A stretch of 64,000 bases of DNA from assembly GCA_950097015.1 (NCBI GenBank), contig CATNEN010000025.1, positions 7,936,001 to 8,000,000 of the forward strand, in the 5' to 3' direction. Below, one piece after another: positions 12,293 to 22,915 of the stretch. The position numbers and the translations under genes are program-made. Origin of the DNA: Macrostomum hystrix. Its lineage: Eukaryota > Animalia > Platyhelminthes. A model generated the notes under the pieces. It worked only from the letters and a program-made list of their open reading frames with translations, was not told the origin of the DNA and did no database searches. The stretch's first letter is position 1; the number at the start of each line of letters is the position of its first letter.

Positions 12293-15200
12293 TCAGGGTG
12301 GTCCGTCGGTCGGTTCCGCCGCGCGATCTTCCTCGCCATAGGCTGGGAAGAAATCAGCTCGGCCGGTATCCCGGAGGAAGTGGGCGAGCTGAGGGATGTT
12401 CTCGGGCGAGCAGGCTTCGGCAAGAGTCGGTGCCGGCCCGAGGTGTTTTAGCCTAGCCCGGGTGAAGGCCGGGCAGTGGCAAATGAAATGCTCGGCGTTT
12501 TCACGGCCGGAGCAGCAGAAAGGACACGTTTCCTCAGGCACGTGGCCTTGGAGGTAGCGGTGTCTGGTGAAGCAGCCATGTCCCGAAAGGGCCATGGTGA
12601 CTGCTCTCAGGTCTCTGCGGTTTAGCCTGAGTAAGGCCTTACGCAGGTTACTAGAGGGGGTTGGCACCGCAGCCCTGGACTGGCGACAGTTCAGGGTGCT
12701 GGACCACCTCCTCCGGTGCTGGGTCTCCATCCAGTGGTTGATGCTGGAGTTGACAACGGAGGCGGGGATCGGGGATTCCGGGCCCGGGCCCATCAGGGAG
12801 CTGGCTGCTCCAGCCTTTGCAAGCTCGTCCGCCATCTCATTCCCTGTGAGCCCGGCGTGCCCAGGGATCCACATCAGCTCCACCTTGTTAGACTGCGCCA
12901 AACCGTTTAACTGGGTGTTGCAGTCCAAGGTGGTTCTGGAGCGAGAGGTGCAGCGACTGAGGGCCTTGAGGGCTGCTTGACTGTCGGAGTGAAAAAAGAT
13001 CCTCCGACCAGCCAGCTGCCTCTGGCGCAGCTCAGCCGCACAGAAACTGATGGCGAGCATTTCGTTTTGGAAAACGCTTGAGCTCTTGCCACAGTGTTGG
13101 GAGTGGGTCCAGAGGACCTCGCCACCCGAGGCGACGCACACCCCGAATCCCGATTTACCGTTCATCAGGGAGCCGTCAGTGTAACAGTGGACTGCGGGGT
13201 CATCCCAGCAGTCCTTTACCTCATTACGAGGGAAGATGCTGACTTTGTACCTGTGGCTCCGGAGTAAAGTGGCCGGGGCCCCGTCCGAAAGGATGGTGAG
13301 CCCTCCGCACTCGCCCAGAGTTTTCAGGCAGAGGTCAGAGTGGGGCAGAAGGGAGCGCTTCGAGAAGGCTCGCGAATTCTGGAAGGATACACCCGCATCA
13401 AGGAGACGACGGGTGGACTTTGCCACTTCCCCCTTAACAAAAATGTCAATGGGTGTAGCGTTGAGGAAAGCGTTCATGCCTTCAAAGGGAGTGGAGGGTG
13501 GGGCGCCCAGCGTCATGCGACAGGCTCTGCCCTGCACCCTATAAAGCGCCTCCAGGTTTTTCTGGATGCTCATGGCACTGGCCCAGATGAGGCCAGCGTA
13601 AGCGACTGACGGTCTAATGATCGCCGTGTAAATCCACCAAAGGTTTTTGGGGGTTAGCCCCCAAGTGGTGCCCACGGCTCGCCTGACTTGCGCCAGAATG
13701 GCCAGGGCCCTCTTGGCCTTTGTGGTAATGTGCGGGGTCCAGTTAAGCCTATGGTCTAGCAGGATACCAAGGCACCGGACCTGCTTTTCCATGGCAATAT
13801 TCTTGCCATAGAGAGTCAGAGGCTCAATGGTCCAGCGCAGCCTGCTGGTAAACATAACCGCAACGGTCTTGGACTCAGAGAGTCGGAGCCCGCATTGGTC
13901 CGCCCAGCGCACCGCCCTGTTGATAAAGCCCTGAATGAGGTCCCTGGTGGTTTCCGCCGAGGGGCCCGCGCAGATGGCGGTCACATCGTCGGCATATCCC
14001 ACCTTCAGGACTGGGTCAGGCCGAGTGCTTTTTAGCAGCTCATCCATGACGAGATTCCACAGCAGTGGGGTGAGGACGCCACCTTGGGGCCCTCCTTTTA
14101 GGACAGGTGCCGAGAGCACCCTGCCTTCGAGGTGGGCCACCACGTGGCGATTCCGGATCATGTACATGACCCAACGGACGAGGTGGGGGTGAGTGGCCCT
14201 GGAAACCAGGGCCTTCTCAAAGGCTTCGAAAATAACGTTATCGAAGGCCCCCTCAATATCAAGGAAAACAGCCAGGGCAAAACCGCTGCCCAGCACTGCC
14301 TTCTCGAGAGTCTCCACAATGCAGTGGAGGGCGCTCTCCGTGGACCGGCCCGCCCGAAAGGCGTGCTGGTTTGGTGAGAGCGGGGCCCGCCCTAGCTCTA
14401 CAGTAAGAAGGCGCCAGAGCACCAGTCTTTCCATGAGCTTGAGGCAGGTGGAAGTCAAGCTTATCGGGCGATAAGACTTGACCGAGCGATAGTCGCCTTT
14501 GGCGGGCTTCGGGATGAAGACGACCCGGGCTTCATGCCACCGCGCTGGTACGTAGCCCAGCACGATGCAGGCCCGTAGAAGTCTGCAGAGGAGATGGAGG
14601 AAGCGGCCATTTTTAACCGCTTCATGCAGAAAGGCCGGATATATACCATCTGGCCCAGGTGCTTTAAAAGGATTGAATGACTTAGCCGCGCGAACGATGC
14701 GGTCATTCGTAACGAGTGACTGAGCCAGGCCCTGACCTCCACGCGAGTGGTCGTCTGGGCCGAAGTGCGCCGGTACACTCGGGAAGAAATGCCCTAGCAT
14801 AAGCTCGAGCGTTTCCTCCGGGCGCTCAGTGATCGAGCCGTCCGGCTTTTTAATCGATGAGAGCTTGGAGAAGCGGTCGTTGGTGAGCGCCTTTACCACG
14901 CGGGCCGTGGGCCGCGAGCCCTCAAGCCCTTCGCAGTATTGTCGCCACTTGTTCGCTTTTGCCCTTCTGACCCGGCCCTTAAACTCATGGATGGCGCGAG
15001 TATAGGCCTCTTTGTCATCAGGGTCGTGCGAGGTTTTCAGCTTCCTCTGGAGAGCCTTAGCTCGGCGTCTTAGGATTCCGAGCTCGGGGTTCCACCAGGG
15101 GGCCGATTTTTTGCCTTTGTAGGCTTTGAGCGGGCAAGCCATTTCGTAGGCCTCTGTGATGGCGCCGCCCAGCAGGGCAGCCACTCCATCCAGGTCCTGC

Positions 15201-15997
15201 GTGGTTTCCATGGCCATGGAGGGGTCAGAATCCCGAAGGCCCTCATGCAGCTTTTGGCTGAACGCGGGCCAGTCGGTATTTCTGACATTACGCCTCCAAA
15301 TAGGCTTTTGCTTCTTATCGGGGGTGCCGATGTTGAAACGGATGAAACGGTGGTCCGAGAGCGAGCTTTCGGTCTCCCACACCTCCCACCCCAGCACCCT
15401 TGGGAGGATGCCGGGTGAGGCCAGGGTGACGTCAAGCACCTCAGCCCACCGCCCATTGTCGAAAGTGGGCGTGTTGCCCACATTGCAGAAGTTTAGAGGC
15501 GTGCCGCTGACGAAGGCCAGGAGCTCTTCGCCGCGGTCATTGATTTTTGAGCTACCCCAGTGGGTGTGATGCGAGTTTACATCTCCCGCGAGGAGCAGCT
15601 CGAAGTTTCGTGCCCTGGCGAATTCACAGAGGGCGACGAGGGTATCGCTAACCACGGGGGCGTCGCCTGCCAGGTAGGCGGATGCCACGAGGGTCAACTT
15701 GTTAGGCACAATGTGTGCAGATTGGATGACGCAGATGTCCCCGTTAGAGAGATCGGGTCTCATCCACGCATTTAAGGCTTTTGCGGCATAGATCAGTGAT
15801 CTAGGGCGGACAGAGTCTGCCATGCAGAAGCAGTCATAGCCAGCAGGAATGTTGCTTGGCTTGTTCTTTGATAGCCAGGGCTCCTGCACAAGTACAAGGC
15901 CCGGCATCATGCGCTCTGTCGTGCGCATCAGATTGACTGATGCTGCCACGCAGTGCTGGGTGTTAACTTGCAGACATGATATTCCGGGGATCATCAT
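12293..15997 (-). CDS. LINE ORF2 (1234 aa): AP endonuclease, reverse transcriptase, RNase H, C-terminal CCHC knuckle
   Basis: APE motifs [21 protein letters not shown]; RT motifs [38 protein letters not shown]; RNase [35 protein letters not shown]; [14 protein letters not shown]. Confidence 0.97.
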   Translation of the reverse strand: MMIPGISCLQVNTQHCVAASVNLMRTTERMMPGLVLVQEPWLSKNKPSNIPAGYDCFCMADSVRPRSLIYAAKALNAWMRPDLSNGDICVIQSAHIVPNKLTLVASAYLAGDAPVVSDTLVALCEFARARNFELLLAGDVNSHHTHWGSSKINDRGEELLAFVSGTPLNFCNVGNTPTFDNGRWAEVLDVTLASPGILPRVLGWEVWETESSLSDHRFIRFNIGTPDKKQKPIWRRNVRNTDWPAFSQKLHEGLRDSDPSMAMETTQDLDGVAALLGGAITEAYEMACPLKAYKGKKSAPWWNPELGILRRRAKALQRKLKTSHDPDDKEAYTRAIHEFKGRVRRAKANKWRQYCEGLEGSRPTARVVKALTNDRFSKLSSIKKPDGSITERPEETLELMLGHFFPSVPAHFGPDDHSRGGQGLAQSLVTNDRIVRAAKSFNPFKAPGPDGIYPAFLHEAVKNGRFLHLLCRLLRACIVLGYVPARWHEARVVFIPKPAKGDYRSVKSYRPISLTSTCLKLMERLVLWRLLTVELGRAPLSPNQHAFRAGRSTESALHCIVETLEKAVLGSGFALAVFLDIEGAFDNVIFEAFEKALVSRATHPHLVRWVMYMIRNRHVVAHLEGRVLSAPVLKGGPQGGVLTPLLWNLVMDELLKSTRPDPVLKVGYADDVTAICAGPSAETTRDLIQGFINRAVRWADQCGLRLSESKTVAVMFTSRLRWTIEPLTLYGKNIAMEKQVRCLGILLDHRLNWTPHITTKAKRALAILAQVRRAVGTTWGLTPKNLWWIYTAIIRPSVAYAGLIWASAMSIQKNLEALYRVQGRACRMTLGAPPSTPFEGMNAFLNATPIDIFVKGEVAKSTRRLLDAGVSFQNSRAFSKRSLLPHSDLCLKTLGECGGLTILSDGAPATLLRSHRYKVSIFPRNEVKDCWDDPAVHCYTDGSLMNGKSGFGVCVASGGEVLWTHSQHCGKSSSVFQNEMLAISFCAAELRQRQLAGRRIFFHSDSQAALKALSRCTSRSRTTLDCNTQLNGLAQSNKVELMWIPGHAGLTGNEMADELAKAGAASSLMGPGPESPIPASVVNSSINHWMETQHRRRWSSTLNCRQSRAAVPTPSSNLRKALLRLNRRDLRAVTMALSGHGCFTRHRYLQGHVPEETCPFCCSGRENAEHFICHCPAFTRARLKHLGPAPTLAEACSPENIPQLAHFLRDTGRADFFPAYGEEDRAAEPTDGPP

Positions 15998-16009
15998 GCA
16001 GGCAGAGGT

Positions 16010-17557
16010 CTACTTGGAGGGGGACCCAGCCAGAAGGCGGTCCTCCTCCTCCGGGTCGATGTCGGTAGCCATGGGCTCCTCCGTGCCCAGGCCCCGAGCC
16101 GGAGACGGGAACTCGACGGCGTCAGCCGCCCAGTCCCCGCCCCCGGCCCCGAGCCCAGGCCCAGAGTCGCCCTCAACTGGAGCCGACACCGCTCCCTGGG
16201 CCGTGGGAGGGGCGCTCGAAGGGCCCTGCTCGATGGAGCTGGGCACCTCTGAGGCCTCCCCCGTAGCCCTTGGTTGCGGCGCCTGCCCCGGTGGGCCACC
16301 GCGCATCTCAGCGCGCAGCTGGGCCATCTTGGCGGTTCGCACCACCTCGGAGGCCCGCTGGAGAAGGCCCCGGCGCTTTGTGACACGCGCGGGGCGACGC
16401 TCAGAGCCGCCAGCGATGGCACGCTCTGGCCTTTTTTGGCGGGACGACTGGGCCCTGCCCCCAGTCCCAGCCTTGGGGTCCGAGGACCCTTCATTGGCCG
16501 GTACGGTGGTGGGCCCGGTCTGACCTCGGGTTTTATCCGCCTCGAAGGCGAAGATTTTGGTCTTCCACAGACCAATGCAAATGTTGGCGCCATCTGGGTA
16601 GCGGCGTGTCCATTGCTCGGACAGGCCCAGAATGGCGGTGAAACCGGTGCCGTCGGGGCGCAGGATCGTGCGGTGCACGATCAGGCCCGCTGTCGGCAGC
16701 TCCCGGTTCATCGCGATGAGGCCCCTGCGGAGGTCCTCAGCGCTGGTGACGACACTTTTCGCCGGGACGAAGATACGGTGTCGCTTGGTCTTTGGTGGCT
16801 CGTTCTCCCGTAGGAACTCGAGGCCAGCCGCCCAGCTCTGCGTGGGCAGCAACTCGAGGAGCCGCCGCCCCGATTCCGCATCGCCGGGCCAGACGACGAA
16901 GCACGATTCCCTGGTAGCGCTTGCGCCGACCGCCAGGGGCTCGCCCTTCAGTTGAAGTTGCCACAACATAGCATCTATGTTGCGGCAAATGTCGCTGAGC
17001 TGTTCGCTGCTCAGCCTTTTCCCGTCTCTGCCGGTGATGATGACGGCAGGTTGCCTACGTGCGATGGCGGCGTAGGTAGCTTGTGGTCCCGGGCCCTGTC
17101 CGGTGGCGTCCCCACCCTCGGGATCTGCGTCGGCGGTGGGCACAGGGCCCTCCGCCTCCGCTTCTCCTTCGGGCCGGGCAGCCGTCCGGATGGGCGCCGG
17201 GCCCTCCTTGGCCCGCGACCCTGGCCTCGGGGCGTCGTGGGCTCCGCCCCGTGCAGGAGCCTGGGCAGGAGGCACAAGGCCCCCCGCCCCAGCCCCCGCC
17301 CTAGGCAGAGCCCCTTCGGCCCCTCTGGCCTGGGCCTGGTCCTTGGTCAATGGAGCCGACGTGCCGTGGGCCAGCATGCGCCTACGGCGTTTTGCCGCTC
17401 CAGAGGTGGTGGAGCGCTTAGCGCCCCGGTCATCGCGCGAGTTGGGCAGCGCGGCATTTGTGGCGGTCGCGGGGCCAGCTAGCCCGGGCGCCGCAGCGTG
17501 TATGGCCTCAGGCACCATGGTGTCCTCGGCCGGAGCAGTTGAAGGGCTAGAAGCCAT
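16010..17557 (-). CDS. LINE ORF1 (about 515 aa from ATG 17557); central domain resembles the DUF4780-type ORF1 domain of LOA-like elements
   Basis: Long ORF ending 12 nt before the ORF2 ATG; low-complexity ends around a globular core (HRIFVP..DLRRGLIAMNRELPTAGL); domain name assigned from memory, not searched. Confidence 0.85.
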   Translation of the reverse strand: MASSPSTAPAEDTMVPEAIHAAAPGLAGPATATNAALPNSRDDRGAKRSTTSGAAKRRRRMLAHGTSAPLTKDQAQARGAEGALPRAGAGAGGLVPPAQAPARGGAHDAPRPGSRAKEGPAPIRTAARPEGEAEAEGPVPTADADPEGGDATGQGPGPQATYAAIARRQPAVIITGRDGKRLSSEQLSDICRNIDAMLWQLQLKGEPLAVGASATRESCFVVWPGDAESGRRLLELLPTQSWAAGLEFLRENEPPKTKRHRIFVPAKSVVTSAEDLRRGLIAMNRELPTAGLIVHRTILRPDGTGFTAILGLSEQWTRRYPDGANICIGLWKTKIFAFEADKTRGQTGPTTVPANEGSSDPKAGTGGRAQSSRQKRPERAIAGGSERRPARVTKRRGLLQRASEVVRTAKMAQLRAEMRGGPPGQAPQPRATGEASEVPSSIEQGPSSAPPTAQGAVSAPVEGDSGPGLGAGGGDWAADAVEFPSPARGLGTEEPMATDIDPEEEDRLLAGSPSK

Positions 17558-18624
17558 TGAAAGCTGCAATGAAGAGAGGGGCTTCCTGTAGACACAGGCA
17601 GGAATAACCCGCTCAGCCGCGATCCCAAAACTGAGCGGGGGCAGCCAAAAAAGACAAGTTACAACCCGGGGTGGGATGCCAGGACCACCGGGAGGAACCG
17701 TAAGAGACCAGACTACTCCCTGGCCAAGCGTCCATCAGCACGGTCAACACTGGGACATTGGAGGGTGCCATTGAGCCGGCGCCGAGGCCTGCGGGCTGGC
17801 CGCAAACCCTGTTAAGGTCAAAGGGTGACACCTGTCCCTCAGGGCCGTAGCCAGAGGTACCTGATCACGCACAGGTGCACGAAAATTGCGGACAAGCCAC
17901 ATACCCTGTTAAGGTCAAAGGGTGACACCTTTCCCTCCAGCCGGGGCTAGAGGTACCCAGTTTGGCCGGAGGCCCTGGATGGGTCATCCAGCGCTGTTGC
18001 CCATTCTGTCCGGCTGCCCTAGGGTCAGCCTTGAACACTCGCGGGACGTGTACCCATGGGTCAGCTGACGGGACAGCGTTGGAGGGATTCCTGCACCCGA
18101 AGGTACAGGTCTCCTTCCTGCCAGGCCTGCTCAAAAAACGGCTGCAGGTGTGAGGCATCGCAGACCAAAGCCCGTGGGCCTGGACTGACTCATACCTCAC
18201 AGGCACTGTGTCCCGCCGGTGCGAGCGCATTGTATTGGGTGTGTTGAATAGAATCCCACCTTTATGAACTTTTCCCCTTGAATGAAATGATGGTTATGCA
18301 ATGCTCTCGAAAAAAAAACAAGAGAGATTGAGAACGACTGAACAATAATGCAGTTGGGAAATGCACCTGCAAGTTTAAATAGAGTTACACCAAGCTACAA
18401 TGCACAACTATTCCCACATTTTCTCTTGTAACTGTCCATCAGGTGATAAAAAGAATGAGGCATTGCAGAGAAAATGGAAAGCCATGGCTTGCAAAATAAC
18501 TATAGCAACAATGCAATTAAAATAGCGAAGCATAGAGCTATACGCTTGTACAGCTTGAGTGGTCTGAGCTGCTTAGCAGCAGCAGCAGCGCAATAGCAAT
18601 AGCAAAAGCAACAACAACAACAAT

Positions 18625-18960
18625 GGGTGAGTGGAATAGCGGTTAACGCGTCTGCCTCTCGCACCAAGGTCCCTGAGCTCGATTCCGCGGCGAGGCCACA
18701 TTAAGTGGGGGCTTTTCGTGCAATTTACGCCCTTGACTGTCAAACACCAAGCCACAGTAAAAGTGAACACTGCCTGACGATGAGAAAGTCAGGGCCGATT
18801 AACACACCTGTGTGAGTGTATGCCTGCGTACGGTATCTGTGTGCGTGTGTGCTCAAGAGTCCGCGAAATGAGCAGAATTGCCTCCTCGCTGGCTGCGGGT
18901 CGAGTGTTACTAAATGATGTGCCATTGCCCGCAGCCCTCCTGCAATTATTATTATTATTA
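18625..18960 (+). mobile_element. tRNA-derived SINE, longest copy, with (TTA)n tail
   Basis: tRNA-like head GGGTGAGTGGAATAGCGGTTAACGCG..GAGCTCGATTCC; body shared with the 28862-29092 copy; flanked by ACAACAACAAT at 18614-18624 and 18961-18971 (probable TSD, low complexity). Confidence 0.8.
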
Positions 18961-19287
18961 ACAACAACAATAGCAGCAGCAGCAACAGCTGAAGTGGAAA
19001 CCCTGAGTATAGTCTCCATGCGAACACCACCAAGCGAAAAAACACAACGACAGCAGCAGCAAGGATCCACCGGGTTTTATCGGACCAGCCAGTATTCCAA
19101 CGTTCGTGTCCTCGGCCAGAGGACCTCCCACCCGGCGGCTGACAGTCCAGCTCCTGCAGCCAGCCCCGAGGGTGTCTTGCCGGAGTCTGAAGCTGGTCGG
19201 AGGTCTGTCGGATGTCGGGCAGACATTTTGTGGTGTTTGATGGTGAAGGGCTGGACGGTCGATTGGCTGGGGTATTCGGTTAAGACT

Positions 19288-19660
<373 letters not shown>

Positions 19661-20524
19661 TCTGTCTCTTCTCAATACAGCTATGGCCTCTAGTGTCAAA
19701 GGGCATGCAGCATTGTAGCCAAAATGGCATTTCCCAAATCCGGTTCTTTCAAACATTTTCCAAAGCCCATGCTTCTCTTCTCATCGTAGACTTTTTCTTT
19801 GCAATTTTCATTGTCTTTCCTATTATCCCTATGCGATTTTGTCATCCTAGAAAACACAACAATGGCAGGACAATGGCAATGGTTGGCAATATCCTGTGCG
19901 TCTTAATCCACGTGAGAGAGATTTTTTGCATTTTTTACGTTCGGATTTTTTACTTCTCCTGTCGCTGTTAATTTACTCGTATTAAAGCCGAAATCTGATG
20001 ACTAGTGTTGTCACACAACTTTCCATTTAATGTCTTTGTTCAGGGTTTATACTGATTTAAAAAATGAAAGCAGACAGACGATAGAATTGTAGCAATATCC
20101 CATCTTGTTGGTTACTAACCAGGGGTAAATAAATCCCAGTTTCGTATGGCCATTCCGTTTTACCTAAGAAGCAGAGAAACAAATTTATTGCATTCAACAA
20201 AAAAGCAAAGAATTGATACTATTTTTATGATTCTGTTGCTGCTGCTGCTGCTTTCAGTTTTTTTAGGATAGTCTGTAAGATCATACTGTCTAAATACATA
20301 AATCTAAACAGCTATTTTTATAATATTTACTCACCAATGTCAATGCCGTTTGAGCAGTGCTGAGCAGTGTTTTATGGGTAGCATTTTATGGCTAATTGTG
20401 TCTGCAATAATAAATAGCTATCATACGATAAAATTTGGCATGAATGAGGAAACGATGGAAGGAAAAAAAGTCGAAACGAGCGGGGATGTTCTAGTAAGAA
20501 ATGGAAAACAGGGTGCGGTGAGTG

Positions 20525-21066
20525 AGATAATAAATAGAGGCAGAGTGAGAGTGAAAGTGAGAGGGAGAGGGAGAGGGAGAGGGAGAGGGAGAGGGAGAGG
20601 GAGATGGAGAGGGAGAGGGAGAGGGAGAGGGAGAGGGAGAGGGAGAGGCAGAGGGAGAGGGAGAGGGAGAGGGAGAGGGAGAGGGAGAGAGCGGGAGAGA
20701 GGAGAGAGGACACTGCCCATTGAATTTCAAAAATCTAATGTTGGAATCGATTCCGATATGTATCGAAAAAATTGAAAGCCAGATTCGAACCAACCCAACT
20801 CCAGACGCGTTTCGCTCTTGTTGGAGCTCATCAGTAGAGCCTTGAGGAAGAGAGAGAGGGAGAGGGAGAGGGAGATGGAGAGGGAGAGGGAGAGGGAGAG
20901 GGAGAGGGAGAGGTAAAGAGGAAGAGAGCGAGGGAGAGAGGGAGAGGGAGAGGGAGAGAGGGAGAGGGAGAGGGAGAGGGAGAGGGAGAGGGAGAGAGGG
21001 AGAGGGAGAGGGAGAGGGAGAGGGAGAGGGAGAGAGGGAGAGGGAGAGGGAGAGGGAGAGGGAGAC
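20525..21066. repeat. Two (GGGAGA)n tracts (about 20525-20710 and 20846-21066) separated by a ~135-bp unique segment
   Basis: Direct reading. Confidence 0.93.
20797..20841 (-). ncRNA. Minimal type-I hammerhead ribozyme
   Basis: Minus strand reads GGCTCTA-CTGATGA-GCTC(CAACAA)GAGC-GAA-ACGCGT-C-TGGAGTT: full catalytic core, 4-bp stem II, palindromic stem III, GUC cleavage triplet, 7-bp stem I. Confidence 0.88.
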
Positions 21067-21309
21067 AAAGTGACAGAAGGAGATGAAATAAAAGGAAAGA
21101 TGCCAAGGGACGGCTTTTGAGCCAAGCAAGGAATGAAAAAAACAAAAAAGAAGCCGCCTCCTTAGCTAAAATCTATTTGACTGAATTGTTCTAAAAAAGC
21201 AGAACGATGCCAGGAGTTGAAAGAGAGCTAAAAAATACACTTGTTGCTGGCCTGGTTACTACTGCAGACTTCTTGGCGCGGAGCTTTGCCTGCTATGAGC
21301 CTGGTTGCT

Positions 21310-21780
21310 CTCTCATCTACCTGTCTCCCACTCTCATCTGCCTGTCTCCCACTCTCATCTACCTGTCTCCCACTCTCATCTACCTGTCTCCCACTCTCAT
21401 CTACCTGTCTCCAACTCTCATCTACCTGCCTCTCCCACTCTCATCTACCTGTCTCCCACTCTCATCTACCTGCCTCTCCCACTCTCATCTACCTGTCTCC
21501 CACTCTCATCAACCTGTCTCTCCCTCTCATCTACCTGTCTCTCAATCTCATCTACCTGTCTCTCACTCTCATCTACCTGTCTCCCACTCTCATCAACCTG
21601 TCTCTCCCTCTCATCAAAATGTCTCTCCCTCTCATCTACCTGTCTCTCCCTCTCATCTACCTGTCTCTCCCTCTCATCTACCTGTCTCTCAACCTCATCT
21701 ACCTGTCTCTTAATCTCATCTACCCTTCTCTCAATCTCATCTACCCGTCTCCCACTCTTATCTACCTGTCTCCCACTCTA
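21310..21780. repeat. 21-nt minisatellite (CTCATCTACCTGTCTCCCACT)
   Basis: Direct periodicity. Confidence 0.92.
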
Positions 21781-22516
21781 ACCGTTTCTCCCTCTCCCTC
21801 TATATGTTTCCCTCTCACTCTAGCTGTGTCTAGAACTCTATTTTCGTACCTCTAGGTTCAAGTTGTAAATTATCGTGTAAGGTGCAAAGCATAAAATTTT
21901 CTCTAGCTTACACAGCTTCAGTCGCAAGTAATTATTGGCCTCATTCCCCCACATCCTCACGACTAGCGCCCCGACCAAGATTGACAGGTGTCCAACCTCT
22001 GAGGATTAAACTCACGAAAGTTCTCAAACCGCAGTGGGGGGAAATAAGTGAAACAAAGGGGCCTTACTAGACGATTGCGGTGAGGTGAGGCTGGCAGTGA
22101 AGATGGGGGTGGCGAGTGGAGCCTGTTTTGACAAGTTCTTGCGCGCAAAGTGAAGTGCCATGACGGGATAACTCCAATGAACCTGACTACTCCTCACTCG
22201 AGATTTTAGGTGGTGGGGGGCTTGAGGCCGGAGTCGGATGGGAAGGCGGAGGCCTCGTTGAATAATTCAGATGCCAGACAATCAGACAGGTCGAGGCAGC
22301 GTCAATCACGAGCAATCAAGGTCTCGGCACTAGCCTAGCCCGTGTCGTGTTGTTAAGGCATGTCCTGCTAGCCAGACTCTTCAACGTGTAGCACCTACTG
22401 CGTGTGTTTTTTGAGTCATTCTGTATCTATCAGAATTAAGAAATTAGAAAGATATAAAAACACACAAATATGCGTTATCTCTAAATCAAATGTGCTCTAG
22501 AATATACTATATGGTG

Positions 22517-22915
22517 AATGGGAGAGTGGGAGAGTGGGAGAATGGGAGAATGGGAGAATGGGAGAGTGGGAGAATGGGAGAGAGGGGAATATGAGAGAGG
22601 GAGAATGGGAGAGGGAGAATGGGAGAGAGGGAGAATGGGAGAGAGGGAGAATGGAAGAGAGGGAGAATGGGAGAGAGGGAGAATGGGAGAGAGGGAGAAT
22701 GGGAGAGAGGGAGAATGGGAGAGAGGGAGAATGGGAGAGAGTGAGAATTGGAGAGTTGGAGAATGGGTGATTGGGAGGGTGTGAGAATGGGGGAGTGGGA
22801 GAATGGGATAATGGGAGAATGGGATAATGGGAGAATGGGATAAAGGGAAAATGGGATAAAGGGAGAATGGGAGAATGGGAGAATGGAATAATGGGAGAAT
22901 GGGAGAATGGGAGAG
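22517..22915. repeat. (GGGAGAAT)n / (GGGAGAATGGGAGAGA)n repeat
   Basis: Direct reading. Confidence 0.92.

Larger units (their letters stand above)
12173..18226 (-). mobile_element. Full-length non-LTR retrotransposon (LINE), LOA/R1-group-like, about 6.05 kb
   Basis: Two intact ORFs; identical 13-bp TSD GCATTGTATTGGG at 12160-12172 and 18227-18239; short tandem 3' tail AAGTCAAGT-AAGTCAAG; visibly GC-richer than flanks. Confidence 0.95.

Noticed and set aside
12208-17591. Many short plus-strand and alternative-frame ORFs within the LINE
   Set aside because: Shadow ORFs of GC-rich coding sequence with no recognisable motifs
17887-17957. Permuted twister ribozyme reading of the 5'UTR module
   Set aside because: L4 is too long, the T2 GC pair is missing, and the putative P4 is not conserved in the second copy
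18625-18700. Functional tRNA gene (also 29010-29092, 47875-47945, 8003-8050)
   Set aside because: Acceptor and T stems do not pair properly, the anticodon loop is irregular, and copies continue into a shared SINE body
18773-18793. Hammerhead-like CTGACGA..GAAA in the SINE insert
   Set aside because: Only 3 nt for stem II and no stem I; better explained as a CCTGAC/GTCAGG hairpin
22032-22050. Tc1/mariner-like terminal inverted repeat start (CAGTGGGGGGAAATAAGT)
   Set aside because: No TA target dinucleotide, no partner TIR and no transposase found
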